Shown: piece by piece, positions 23,480 to 36,139 of the stretch
How the letters are laid out: each line of letters starts with the position of its first letter
Position numbering within the stretch: the first letter of the stretch is position 1
Notes under the pieces: model-generated
What the model saw: the letters and a program-made list of their open reading frames with translations, nothing else
What the model was told of the DNA's origin: nothing
The model's database searches: none
Program-made: the position numbers and the translations under genes
Source: Eledone cirrhosa
Lineage: Eukaryota
DNA: 64,000 nucleotides
Assembly: GCA_964016885.1 (NCBI GenBank)
Contig: OZ024740.1
Location: forward strand, 168,640,001-168,704,000
Direction of reading: 5' to 3'

Positions 23480-26400
23480 GGACATGGCAAAACACGGCAA
23501 AACATGGTCTCACCGGAAATTGGGATCGCTGGAAATCGAACGGGATATCTGACGCCGAGGGGAAAAGGTTCATCCTTGGAATGAAAACATTCTCCCCTCT
23601 CCCAGCACCCCATTACAATGGTGGCCTCAATCAAGTGGGGCGTCAGTGACTTGACGACCATGCGAGTACCATTGCACTGCTTTAGTGGACGCAAGTTCCT
23701 TATTAGCATAATGGGACAGCCAACCCTAAGCTTAAGAATGTGAGGTGAGAGTCCTGGGGGCTCAAGGGAATTTAATAACTCAACCGGATAATTAACGATA
23801 TCGTCGGGGTCTGACGTCTGGTCGATAGATTTGAAGATGTGTTCTTTACCAAGAATTTTCTCAATCAGCTGCTCGTTAATGAAATTAAGGATGGCTCTTT
23901 CGCTGAGCCAATCGAGGTTTTTAAAGTTAGATGAGACATTAGGAAACACTGCTTCCCAAAGGTCAGAAGGGCTGCTCACAATGTTGCACAGGGAGTCGAT
24001 TGCTATGCCACCCTTGTCATCCGCAGGGACCTTCCCCTCACCAAGTGCTAAAATATTCTGAGCAAATGCTGCAGACATGTTGTGACCATGCAAATGAGCA
24101 CGCATATTTGTGCTCAGGTACAAACTCTTCACCTGGAGCCACAACATGGACGACTTAAGACAGGCACGCACTTCATCAGCTCTTGTCCCTTTGGGGATGA
24201 CAGGCAGCATTTGCCGAAAATCCCCTGATAGCAGAAGGATTACGCCACCCATAGGAGCCGTAGAATCCCTAATGTCTTTCAGGGTCCCGTCCAGTGCCTC
24301 AAGGGCACCCTTGTGTGCCATTGTGCTCTCATCCCAAACAATGAGGCAACATTTTTTGAGAACCAGAGCTTCGTGTGAACTCTTGCTGATATTGCATGTT
24401 GGTGTCTCAGTTTTTACTAAATCCAAGGGGAGTTTAAAGGTTGAATGTGCTGTCCTGCCTCCTGGCAGCAAAGTAGCAGCAATCCCGGACGATGCAACGG
24501 CCAACGCAATTTTTTTCTACTGAAGAATCTTAACGAGAATCAATTTCGTTAGATAAGTTTTTCCGGTACCCCCAGGAGCATCGAGAAAGTAAATACCCCC
24601 AGTCTGATTTTGAACCGTGTCAATGATAGTTAAATAGGCCAACCTTTGGTCCGACAGAAGTTTGGGCTCATTTTCCTCTAAGTATTGGGAAAGAGATTCG
24701 ATGTCATATGCTGTTTCCCGCAACAAATCTGGGGCCAATGTGTTAGCTTCCTCTCTAACGGTTGACGGCAAGCCATACATCGCCAACTCACTCCCACCCA
24801 TGTCGAGGAGGGCGTCCTCAATATCAATGAGTGCCCTATTGTAGATAATGTCGCTGTAACCAACTTCCACTGAAGTATACTGCAGATGAACCAGGCGCAG
24901 GAAGTCCTCAGACATGAAGTCTCTGTACTTGACCCATAAAGATTTGGGATCACCCAATTCACACTTTTGAAGCAAAATAGCAAAGAGTTCCCGTAGACCT
25001 TTAGGTGATTTCAACAAAGCACCCTCTGCTAAAGTAGAATCCCATTGCGAATCATCTTCCAAAAGACCACGCTTAAAGCAGGCTTCCCGGTACATATCAC
25101 ATATTTCTCCATCAACAGTTTTGATGTCCTGAAAACTTTGTGGGCCTACAACTTCATGCAGAAGAAGGGAGAGATGAAAGCACTCATGCTGACTTGGGGG
25201 CACAGTGTAAACCCTTCCAAGACAGCTGTCAACTTTTACACCAGGATGTCTTTCAGCAGCCTGACCTGACTTTCATCGCACCCAAGTGTTTTTCGACCAT
25301 ATAAAGTAGGATGGAACCTGGGAGTACACAATTGTTTGCGCAAATGTATCGAACTGGCAAAGTTTGAAGAAACCCGTCAGAGTGGTCTCTTTCGGATCAG
25401 TGGCCAACTTGGCGGCGGTTTGGTCCATAAAGTAAACCCTTTGCCCATTTTCCAAATACCCGCCAGGTATTCTGTGACCTCGTCCCTGCTATTTTCAGCT
25501 TGAAATGCGAACATTGCGGCATCAGAGCCCTTATTTACATATTTGCATATGTATTTTATCGACTTGACGGAGTTGCAAAACTCAACGTTGATGTGGGCGT
25601 TGAACATCTTCAAGAGAAGCAGGCAGTAAGGGACCACCCATCTATTGTCGACTTGACCTCCCCTTACTGTTGTGGTGAAGCCACCGTTCTTGGGCCTTCT
25701 CCGCCTGTACAGGGGGTACCCGTCGCCACCAGTCTGAGTCTGGTCAACAAATTTTTGGGGGTATCCCTTACTGCACGACCCCCCCCCCCCCCCTTTCAGA
25801 CACGTGTGATGCTCATTAGGACCCGACGCACACGTCCATGAATCATGTTACCTTTGACGATGTCATGTAATTCCTGGTCAGTTGCTGGGTTAGGGATTTC
25901 AGCCAAAATTAACTGTCTATGGCATTTGAATTGATTTTATCAGCTAACCAAATCAAAATGTGAGCATGTGGCAGCCCTCGTTTTTGCCATTCGACGGTGA
26001 ACATGTCACATTTTACAGCTCCAAATACCTTACCTTTTTGATTAAAGCCATGAGTTTAGTCAGTTTCAGTCTTAACACTCTGGCAATGAGGTCATGTCTG
26101 TTTGAATAATTTTGCCCAGGAAAAAGTTCACGGGTTACATTCTGATTCATAACTTGTCTAAGACTAAAGTTCTAGTTTGTAGGAAGGAAAATAGGGCACC
26201 GGTCCCATCTGGGAAATGGCCATGCTCAGTGTGTAGGAAAGGAGTAGGTAGAAACTCCATTTTATGTCCCAAATGCAAAGTATGGGTACATAAAAGATGT
26301 AGTGGGATCACAGGTAAGCTAACTAAGAATATAGATTTTATATGTAACCGGTGCTCTGGTGCAATAAGTAGCAGCAAGTGCCCACAGAATACTAACTCAT

Positions 26401-28521
26401 TCCATTGCACAGATGGTTCTATAGAAATAGTGGACAGCTTCCGTTACCTGGGTGACAAAATCAGCAGTGGGGGAGGGTGCTCTAAAAGTACAGTAGCTAG
26501 AATCAGAACGGGATGGAAAAAGTTCAGAGAGCTTATACCATTATTGGCCGCTAAAGGGTTCTCTCTAAAAATGAAAGGCAGGCTGTATGATGCCTGCATA
26601 CGAACAGCAATGTTACATGGCAGTGAGACCTGGGCATTGTGTGCAGAGGATATACACAGACTGGAGACAAACGAAGCTTGCATGCTCCGCTGGCTGTGTA
26701 ATAGTAATATACGTGAACGGCAAAGCATAAACGAACTAAGGGAGAAATTAGGAATAAGAGGGATCAGATGTTGTTTACTCGAGAGAAGACTACGTTGGTA
26801 TGGTCACGTGATGCGCATGAAAGACGACAGCTGTATAAAAAAGTGCAGGGCAATAAAAATAGACGGTAGCCACGGAGTAGGCAGACCCAGAAAAACCTGG
26901 GACGACTTGATAAATTCCGACCTCACACACTTACACCTCTCCAAGACAATGTAACTGGACCGAAATCTTTGGCGCTACACAGTAATAGAGAAGACCCGCC
27001 TTACCTAAGTGCAAAGTGAAACCTACTACAGTCAGTAGGCACCTCTAACAAAATACACCCCCGTCCCACTACCCCCACCCCATCCACACCACCCCTTTCA
27101 ATGTAAAGTTATGTTGGTACCACAACATCCAGCCCGAAACAAACGAGGTCGTGTAGGTGTCACGACAAAAAAAACACACAGTCCACGCTGTAATGTGGCT
27201 GTGTAGGTAACACGGTAAAAACCTCCCAGTTCCACACTGTAAATGTGGTTGGTGTTAGGAAGGGCATCCAGCCGTAGAAAACCCGCCAGACAGTCCTATG
27301 CGAGCAAGACAACCACTCTTGCCTCAAGTGGGAAAACTCCCGTCTAAACCCATGCAAGCGTGGAATATGGACGTTAAACGATGATGATGTCTATAGCATT
27401 AATCTGTTATATGAAGTGTTATTTTGCGGGTTGTTATTTGCAATAAGCCGATTGAAAATGACCCAGATAAGCCGTATGTCAATACGGAACACTCCACTGC
27501 AGTGTTGTCATATAGGGAGTGAAGAGCGACAGAGAGAGTAAAGCAGTTAAATTATAGAGAGGGGGAATATACGGAACACGCCATTTGATCAAATACATTG
27601 TTTCTCTCTCTGCAGTGGTCTTTGTTGAGAATCATATAAATATGCTTAAGCATCGTTATTGTTATGTTTGTTGTTTTATAAATTCATCTGTTGCTTTTGA
27701 ATATTTGTTATTTGATGTAAAATGTAAGTGTGTAAAATGTAACGTTGAGAGAGCAGTATGTATTTAGTGTTATCGGCTTTTTAAATTTTGATATTTGATG
27801 TATGAGTGTCGTTATGACTGTTTGTTGTTGTATAAAATGATGTGTTGCTTAGTTATCAAAGTTTTTTTTTGTGCTCCCGAACGAATAGGGGGAATGATCT
27901 ATTATATAGAGAGAGAAGAGTGACGGATAGAGTAAAGCTAGTGTTAAACCTCGGAGCACGAAGAGAGTAAAGCAGTTAAATTATAGAGAGGGGGAATAAT
28001 CTATTGTAGAGAGAGGGAAGAGCGACGGAGAGAGTAAAGCTATGGTTGTTGTGTTGCTTAGGTTTCAAAGTTTGTGTCGTGTTCCTTCAAAAGAAGTTTT
28101 GTCATTGTTCTAAATTGTAATGGTGATAGAGTAGTAGACGGAGGCAGTAACCTTTTAAAGAGAGTTGCAGAGGAGATTGAGGGGGGAGTAGAGAGAGTGA
28201 TGAACCTTTTAAAGAGAGTTGCAGAGGAGATTGAGAGTGGAGTAGAGGAAAGGATGAACCTTTTAAAGAGAGTTGCAACATGTATGTAGTTTCATATATT
28301 TTTGATGGTAGTAGTGAGAGGAATGAAGCGTGTAAGAGAGAGGGTTACAGCATGTATTTAGTTTTATCGATTTTTTTTCATAGAAGCAGGAAACTTTTGA
28401 CCTGCCCTGGTAAATTTGGAGCACATTGGAAATAAAATCATCAAATTCGGTAGAGAACTGTGGAAATGCATAAAAATCATACACACACACAGACAGACAT
28501 CTACCGTTTTATATATAGAGA
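23480..28521 (-). mobile_element. Helitron with disrupted RepHel (HUH Rep and PIF1 helicase), interrupted by an RTE
   Basis: EWQKRGLPHAHILIWL (~25940-25995), HINVEFCNSVKSIKYICKYVNKG, FLDAPGGTGKT, GGRTAHSTFKLP, IVWDE, GDFRQ, CNGTR. The 5' end TCTCTATATATAAAA followed by (TCTG)n lies near 28521. The 3' end is lost. Confidence 0.93.
26149..27389 (+). mobile_element. 5'-truncated RTE LINE nested in the Helitron
   Basis: ORF 26112-26954 matches the C-terminal half of the same RTE family. 3'UTR and (ATG)n tail. Confidence 0.95.
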
Positions 28522-28623
28522 GATATAGATAACAGATTAAAGTTTAAGCAAAATATCGCTGCTTTCTGAAACTAAAAAGATCAATCTGTAAACGCAGAAG
28601 TAAATATTTCGAAAAACGTTACA

Positions 28624-28680
<57 letters not shown>

Positions 28681-28689
28681 ATACATACA

Positions 28690-28954
28690 CACACACACAG
28701 ATAGTGTCATAATGTCGTAATGCAGACAGCCAGATATACAGACAGATATTTTAAGGGCGCAACATTATAACTATGTATCTATCTAAAAAGAAAGACTAAG
28801 AATTATAGAGAGAGATCGCTAAATCGCCTAATGCGGTCCCTAGGGCATTGAAACTTTGACATTTTTTTTCCTCAAAACACTCACAGGAGCATAAGTATTA
28901 CATGTGTAAAGTTTGAAAACAATCGGTTGGGTCGTTCTCGAGTTTTAGGGAGCT

Positions 28955-29002
<48 letters not shown>

Positions 29003-29365
29003 TTCTCTGTTTTATATATATAGACTAGCAGAAAACGACACGTGGGCGGTTTTCTGCTAGTCTATATATCTAAAACAGAGAATGTCTGTCTGTCTGTCAG
29101 CTCACTAAAACTTGAGAACCATCCAACCGATTGTTTTCAAACTTTAGACATGTAATACTTATGGTCCTGTGAGTGTTTTGAGCAAGAATTATTTCAAATT
29201 TTCAATGCCCTAGGGACCGCAATAGGCGATTTAGCGTTCTCTCTATATAATTCTTAGCTTTCTTTTTAGATAGATACATAGATATAACGTTGCGCCCTTA
29301 TAATATCTGTCTGTATGTCTGGCTGTCTGCATTACGTCATTATGATGCGCTCAGTGTGTGTGTGT
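28690..29365. repeat. Large imperfect palindrome of two divergent non-autonomous Helitron-like 5' halves
   Basis: Arms ~28690-29036 and ~29050-29365 are reverse complements. Each starts TCTATATAT..AAAACAGAGAATG(TCTG)n directly after a CTAG. Confidence 0.85.
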
Positions 29366-30389
29366 ATATATATATGTATCGTAATACAGACATCAAGACA
29401 TAGCTTTCCTTCCCCTCTTCCAGCGTCTCTCTCTCTCCCTCCTGCTATCCCCCTCTTGTAGTCTGTCTCTTTCTTTCACTCTCACTCTCTCTCTACGCGT
29501 CGGACAGACAGACAGAGAAATTGCTGGTTATATATTATAAGGAGATTATCTTATAGCATTAATTAGTTACAAGCTGGTTGTACAGAACTAGCAGCATGTC
29601 TTTGGCATTGCTCAGGTTCATGAGTAACTTAATCTTTTCATTATCATAATTTCTCATTATTAAAATGGTGTTTGGAACACAAAAAAGGTTCTTGCATAAA
29701 ATTATGATGGACAATTTTTAGATAAATATAAACTTTAGAAAAGAAAAAGCTGTTTGTATAGAATTGTAGAATCAAGGTCAGTTTCAAGTAGTTTGGTGTC
29801 AGAAGAGTTAAACAAATGTTTGTGTAACATCAGAAAATGAGAAACTAAGAAAGCAATATCTTCATTTGCAAAGTTTAAAAACTGAAACATGATATTTATA
29901 GATAAAATATGAAATAGTTTCGCTGTGTAGTTTAATTTGGCTATATTTTCTACTATATACATAATTGTTTCTACTTTAGGCACAAGGCCAGCACTTACCC
30001 AGTTCATTACTGGTACTTTATTTTATCGACCCCGTAAGGATGAAAGGCAAAGTCAACCTATACATAATGATTCAGTTTTAGATATAGAGCTAGATTTTAC
30101 TAATTTATGACTGTCTTTATACTGGTAATGCTGTGACTCCTCCTTTGGGAGATTTAGTCAATTACTACAGCCCGAGTATGTTGCTACTTATTTTATCATC
30201 ATCATCATTATCGTTTTTGCATCCAATTTTCCACGCTATGTTAGACCAAACACAAATTTTGTTTTTAATTTTTGGCAAAGCCAGCCGTAAAATAGCTCAG
30301 TATACAAATTAGGCTAATCAGCCAATGTATTCTTTAGAGAATACTATATATTCGCTAGAGTTCCAGTGTGTAGTAGAAAAGGGAGAAAT

Positions 30390-30439
30390 AAACAATCTAG
30401 ATAAGGGGCAATAACCCCTGAAACAGTTATAGATTGTTT
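30390..30439 (+). ncRNA. Degenerate hammerhead motif (U3-A8-type core with an extra substitution)
   Basis: aaacaatc-TAGATAA-gggg caataac ccct-GAA-AcagttaT-A-gattgttt. 8-bp stem I, extendable to ~30361-30460. Confidence 0.55.
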
Positions 30440-30538
30440 TTTCTCTCTGCTACCATTGGAACAAAAGAATGATATTAGTCATCTAAAACACATGGCATTA
30501 TGAGGCTGTTTGCTTGCAAGTGGATCGAATATTAATAA

Positions 30539-30815
30539 TCTATATATAAATTTCTGCAATTCTGTCACAACACATAAAGAGAGAGAGAGTAGTAGTTTGA
30601 TTACCTCATACCACATACATGCCTCCATGAATGTATGTGTGTGAGTGTATGTGTATGTGTGTCTTTGTGTAAATGTGTGTGTGTGATTGTGTGAATGTAT
30701 GTCTGTGAGTGTGTATTTTTATAAGTGTGTCTGTGTTTGTATGTGTATATTTATATACTCATACATGCAGATACACACCGGTATACATACGTGTCAGCGT
30801 ATGAAAAAATCCTAG
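30539..30815 (+). mobile_element. Complete short non-autonomous Helitron
   Basis: A|TCTATATATAAA start, catacg/cgtatg hairpin 8 nt before CTAG|T. Interior is (GA)/(TG) microsatellite. Confidence 0.75.
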
Positions 30816-32752
30816 TATTATTATAATATTATTATTATTCACTCACGAATGCATTTACGTATCTGCTACATTAGAACAAAAGCAAATTTTGTGTCCCAAA
30901 AATTCTTTAAAAAATGCATTAAAATAAATTCTGTTTTATATGCATTATTTGAATTATGTAAACATTTTTGGGTGTTTACATACATTATGTCTGTAGATCA
31001 TTTTATTTTTGGGAAAGGCTGAGCATTCTAATAAATATTGCCTGTGCAGGTAATCAAAGTGTATATATATTTTTGGGGGACACCTTATATATATATATAT
31101 ATCATCGTAATCATTGTTTTTACTTGCCCAAAGTACTACTAAAATATAATCGAATCTGGAAGTACATAGTTGCAAAGTGAATTTCTTAATGACACAGCCA
31201 TGCCTGCACCCCCATAGCAATATCTTTATGCTTGAAGTTTATAAAGCTTATAAAAAACAAAAACAAAAAAAACATTTGAGTATTATATGATGAATAAAGT
31301 TTCAACCTTGACATTTTATAGAAAATATATCTAGCTTATTCTGTCCTCTTCCCTTTTCTTAAAACAGATATTCTTGATTTGAAAACTTGAATACATAAAA
31401 TTTGAATCAACTCTTACTCTCTCATACAAATTGTATTGCATAACTATTATATAAAATCACCTTTTGATTGGATATAGCTAAAAATGCCTGCAACATTCTG
31501 ATTTTATAAGAAAGGTAATATTTACATGAAATATTAGATATAAAGCCTTCAAAAGATATTTAAAAGTCTGTTCTTCGTAGCATGTAGCCACTTCTAAAAG
31601 CAAGACAGCTAATTAGCTTTCATAGGGAAAACATGTTTTGTTCTTGCTGTTATAGTTATCATCTTCTACAGAGATGAGACTTTGAACTAGCTAAGTGGAT
31701 ACTAATGTCATTATTGTAGTATGTTAAACCAAGAAAACAAACTGTTTAGTATAGTTTCACAAATGCCTGATAAGTTTTATTGATCTAGATATTAAATGGA
31801 TATTTTCAGCTTCACCAATCAGCCTGGATGTGTTTCTCTGACAATAATATTATATCCTCTCATATCCTTTGCAAAAGATCACAATGGTGAATGTGTTACT
31901 GGATAGCAAGGGAAATGCACTGAAATGGCCAGTCCAACACACAAGGCTTTTTCTTGCAGATGGTCATCTCCATTCTGATCAGCCTCATAAGTTAAGCTAT
32001 GTATAATTAAGCTTTTCTTTGTAAAATGTTTAAATGTATAATTGATTTTATCTCACAGTTTCAACTAAATACTTAGAACAGCTGTGAATCCTAAGAATAA
32101 TAACAGGGCAACAATGTTTTCTTATACAGCTATACAAGGCCTATAAGATTGTGGTTCAGTTGATACATCAATCTGTGGTCTGGAGAGCAAAGAAGGGACT
32201 CAGAAATATCTGATATCTGCCTTAAAAAAAAAAAAAAAAAATTAGAAAAAAACTCACAGACCCCTTGAATTTCAGAGGTGGTCCCCCTTTCCTTGGGGGC
32301 CCAAAGGCTGTCTTTCTCTGTCTTACAAAATTTCCCTAGAGGCCCTGCAATTGTACTTGATAGTTAAGGATTGTGTAAGATACAGCATACACATTTTAAT
32401 AATGCTGATTATGATTCTGAAGCTCATGTACAAATGTACTTTTACATGCTACAGTGGATTGTGGGATGATAATGATTGATTTCCATTCTATACTGTGAAT
32501 CAGAGTTAAATATATCCACTAAAAAGAATGTTAGACTATTACAAATTAACTTTCTTCTCTCACTCTTTAGCTATTCAAATTCAAAAGTTGAGTGCAAGTA
32601 AATACTTACCTTCAGAGCATATTAATAGCTTTAAACAAGCCCACAGCTAATGACCAACAATGTAAATTTATGCAGTATGCTTTAATTCATATTGTTGTGT
32701 AATAAGATAGTTCTATGATTTTTTATAGTTAAAAAGAAAACTGATTTTGTTT

Positions 32753-33320
32753 AATAATAATAATTAAAATTATTGTGTACAGTGCTCAGGTGCACTACAA
32801 CTCATCAATTGTGCATGTATAGTACATAGAATAATGTAAAAATGTCAGGAAAGTGACAGTGTATGAGTCATGATATACACACAGACACATGCATGCATGT
32901 GTATGGAGGGGGAATATCAGGTGTAGTGTTGGCGAATTTCGAGAAGCATGGAAGTTTTGAAGGATGCAGTGTCTCGGTTGTTACCGATGGACGTAGTTTA
33001 TTCCATGCTTCAGCAACACTGAGCGTGAACAAATGTTTCCGAAAGTCATGAGAGCTGTGCTGTTTTCTGACTTTGTAGACATGTCCACGTGTGTTAGACA
33101 CATGGAATTCAAAAAGGTGCTCATGGTTGTTGTTGGCATGATGGTTAATAATTTTGTGGGTGTTTACCAAGTTAGATGCCAGAGCTTTAATGTACCCATG
33201 CCCAGGGAAGCAAAGAGTTCAGAGTATGGTAGATACCTGATGGAGGGTATTCACTTGGTTGCATGTCTCTGAACAGTTTCCAGGAGGTCAAACTTTTGAG
33301 CAAGATAGGGGTTCCAGACT
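32753..33320 (-). mobile_element. 3' fragment of the CR1/L2-group LINE
   Basis: Homologous to 6690-7257. Confidence 0.92.
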
Positions 33321-34460
33321 ATCTGCACCATTTATCAATATTTTTGTGATTATTGTAGGAACAGTATGAATTTTACAGTCTCTTAATCTGACATAGCATA
33401 ATTGATAAGAGTATTGAAATTCTTTATGAAAATTAAATTCAAATCTTGCCATCTGCTTTGTGAATAAGTCAGAATAAAGCATTTAAAGATGATTATTGAT
33501 AAGAGCAATTGTAATGTAGTGTTAATGAAAACAACGTGTAACCTGTCAAAACATTGAAAAAAAAAAACATTGTAAATCGAAACCTCAACTTTTGAATTGT
33601 AAGTATAACAATACTTACCAACCACAGGGTCATTCCTCTGCTATTTGTATTGTAAATAGAAATGGGATTTCATTTTCTTTCTTTTTATCAAATTTTCTAG
33701 AGCTCTTTGGCTTTCCAGTTTTCAATTACGAAGCTAAGTTAAATTTTTGTTTAATACTATTATTATAGCTTGAAAGTATCATGAGTAGGTCATGTCTTTT
33801 GATTGTTATCATCATCATCTTCTTCCTCTAACTGGTGAAGCCAGTCATTGGGGTATCAATCTAGATGTTCTGGCAGTCAGCAATCACCACTGATCTCTGT
33901 TTTTTTAAATATTCAGAAGGGTTGCAGGCCTGAGTATAATGCTGTAGGACAAGGATTTTTTTTTATCTACCTCTTCTTCACGTTCAACTGTCCTGGAGAA
34001 TGGCTTGGGACAGGGATTTGTGGTGGGATACATGTCCATATCAGGTCAATTTTCATCTTATCACTATGGTAAGAAGTGGTTCATACTTGCCAGCATATTT
34101 AGTGACTTTTTGCCTAACAAAGCTGTTTGTCTTGTGTTCAAACATATGATTCTTTGTTCCATACTGACTGTAAAAAAGTCAGCTTTCACATCCATGCATA
34201 TCATTATTTAAATGTATAAATGTACTGTTATAGGCACATATCTCAAACTCTTGCAGATCAGATACTATAAAATAAAGAAATCATAGGAAGTATATAAAGT
34301 GAAATCAGTAGTCTGATAAGAAAAAATATATTGCAGCATTATTGCCTTCATTGGAATGTTGTAGTAGCAAAATTGTCATATCACCACATAAAGTTTTCTG
34401 TAATAATATTTAGCAGTTTTTATGTTCTCATAGATTTAACTGAAAACAAAATAAAAGTTA

Positions 34461-35381
34461 CTAGCAGCTGAGCCCAGTTGCACCCGGGGCCACTTTTTAT
34501 TAAGTTAATAATTTGAAAAATATTATTGAAAGTTTATTATAAAGAAGCAGTTTCAGGAAAAAAAAATAGAAATATGCACTTGGGGCTGGATGGTGTACAA
34601 TGAGAAGTGGAGCGACGTGAAGGTTTGTATGATAGTTTACACTTTGATTGCCCTTGTCAGCAGGAGGGGCCTCTATATATTAGACGTTTATTAGAAGAGG
34701 GGGAAATAACTAACCCCAGTATTAGAACAGGGGGTTCACAATGTAAGGGTTTTATTTCTTTTGTTAGAAAACAGTGACTGTTTTCGGTTTGGCATTTCGT
34801 AAAATTCTACTGCAGAATCGTTTCATAAAACGGTACTGTATGATCGTTATAGAAGTATTTAAATTTAATATATAGCAACTGTAATTGAAAAATGAAAATG
34901 AAACGTTCTGTAGAAGGCAACAGTTTATTAATCTGCATTTTCAAACTTGCATATCATCGACATTGCTATTTCGCTGTTAATAAACAACGCTTTTCACGTC
35001 ACTCCACTTCTCATTGTACGCCATCCAGCCCCAAGTGCATATTTCTATTTTTTTTCCTGAAACTGCTTCTTTATAATAAACTTTCAATAATATTTTTCAA
35101 ATTATTGTATGTTAACAGCGAAAGAACGTTGATGAGTTTAAAAATTTGTATGAAATTGTCCAAGGGGGAAATAACTCACCGAACGCGATAGTAAATAGAC
35201 CGTTTGGGGGTCTCTAGGGACCACATTTTTCAAGTTAGAGATTTGAAACCTCATCTATTTGCTTCCTTGGCACTTTTTACATAGGTGTGTAAATTTTCAT
35301 GTCCATCCGACCACATCTACTACCATTTAACTGTGCACATCTGAATTTCAACCACCACCCATTTCACAAATATATATTAGA
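34461..35381 (-). mobile_element. Complete non-autonomous Helitron with an internal ~115-bp inverted repeat
   Basis: Minus strand starts A|TCTAATATATATTTG and ends with a cccgg..ctggg hairpin then ctcagctgCTAG|T. Inverted repeat at 34508-34622 and 34991-35105. Confidence 0.78.
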
Positions 35382-36065
35382 TATATTATCATCATCATCA
35401 TATGTCTATTTTCCATGATTGTATGTGTTAGATGGATTGTCATTTTCAGGGGTTAGACAAATCAGATGACTGTGTCTCACATGTTCCATTCTGGCATAGT
35501 TTCTATTGTAAGGTGCCCTTCTAAATGCCAACAACTTCACAGCATGTACTGGATAGGTTTTATTATGGCACTGCCATTACTACATGACAAGATGGACTGG
35601 ATGAATTTTATCATGGCACCAACATTATTGTTGTTGTTGAATATTTCAAAGTCAACCCTGGTCAATCAGACCTATCATACATAGAAGGTAGTTGGTCTTA
35701 TGTTTGATCATCTATTCCAGATATATCAAACCCTTGCACATTCTCCTATACTGTAGTAGTTAAACTGTTGTTCAGCTCCAGGTCATTCTTGATTGAACAG
35801 ACCCATGGTCAAAGTCTTACTAACTGTGACCATCCTATCTTTTTTCCTGACATTGTATAACGATATTTAAATTAACCAATATCTTTAAATTTGTTAGGGT
35901 AGTGGTGAATGATGTGAGTAAAATTTAACTGCTGTTTCTAGAAAGTCATCTGACCACATAAAGGCCCTTACCTTAGCTCATTGTGTGTGTATATATATAT
36001 ATATCATTTCATCATCATCATTTCATTTTATATATATATATATAAATATCTGTTATTTGTCTTGC

Positions 36066-36139
<74 letters not shown>

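Noticed and set aside
28150-28280. Regularly spaced direct repeats resembling a CRISPR array
   Set aside because: The spacers are similar to each other, there are no cas genes and the context is eukaryotic. It is a minisatellite.
32135-32347. Possible hAT-type MITE (caaggcct...aggccctg)
   Set aside because: The TIRs are very short and the putative 8-bp TSD is too degenerate to support the call.
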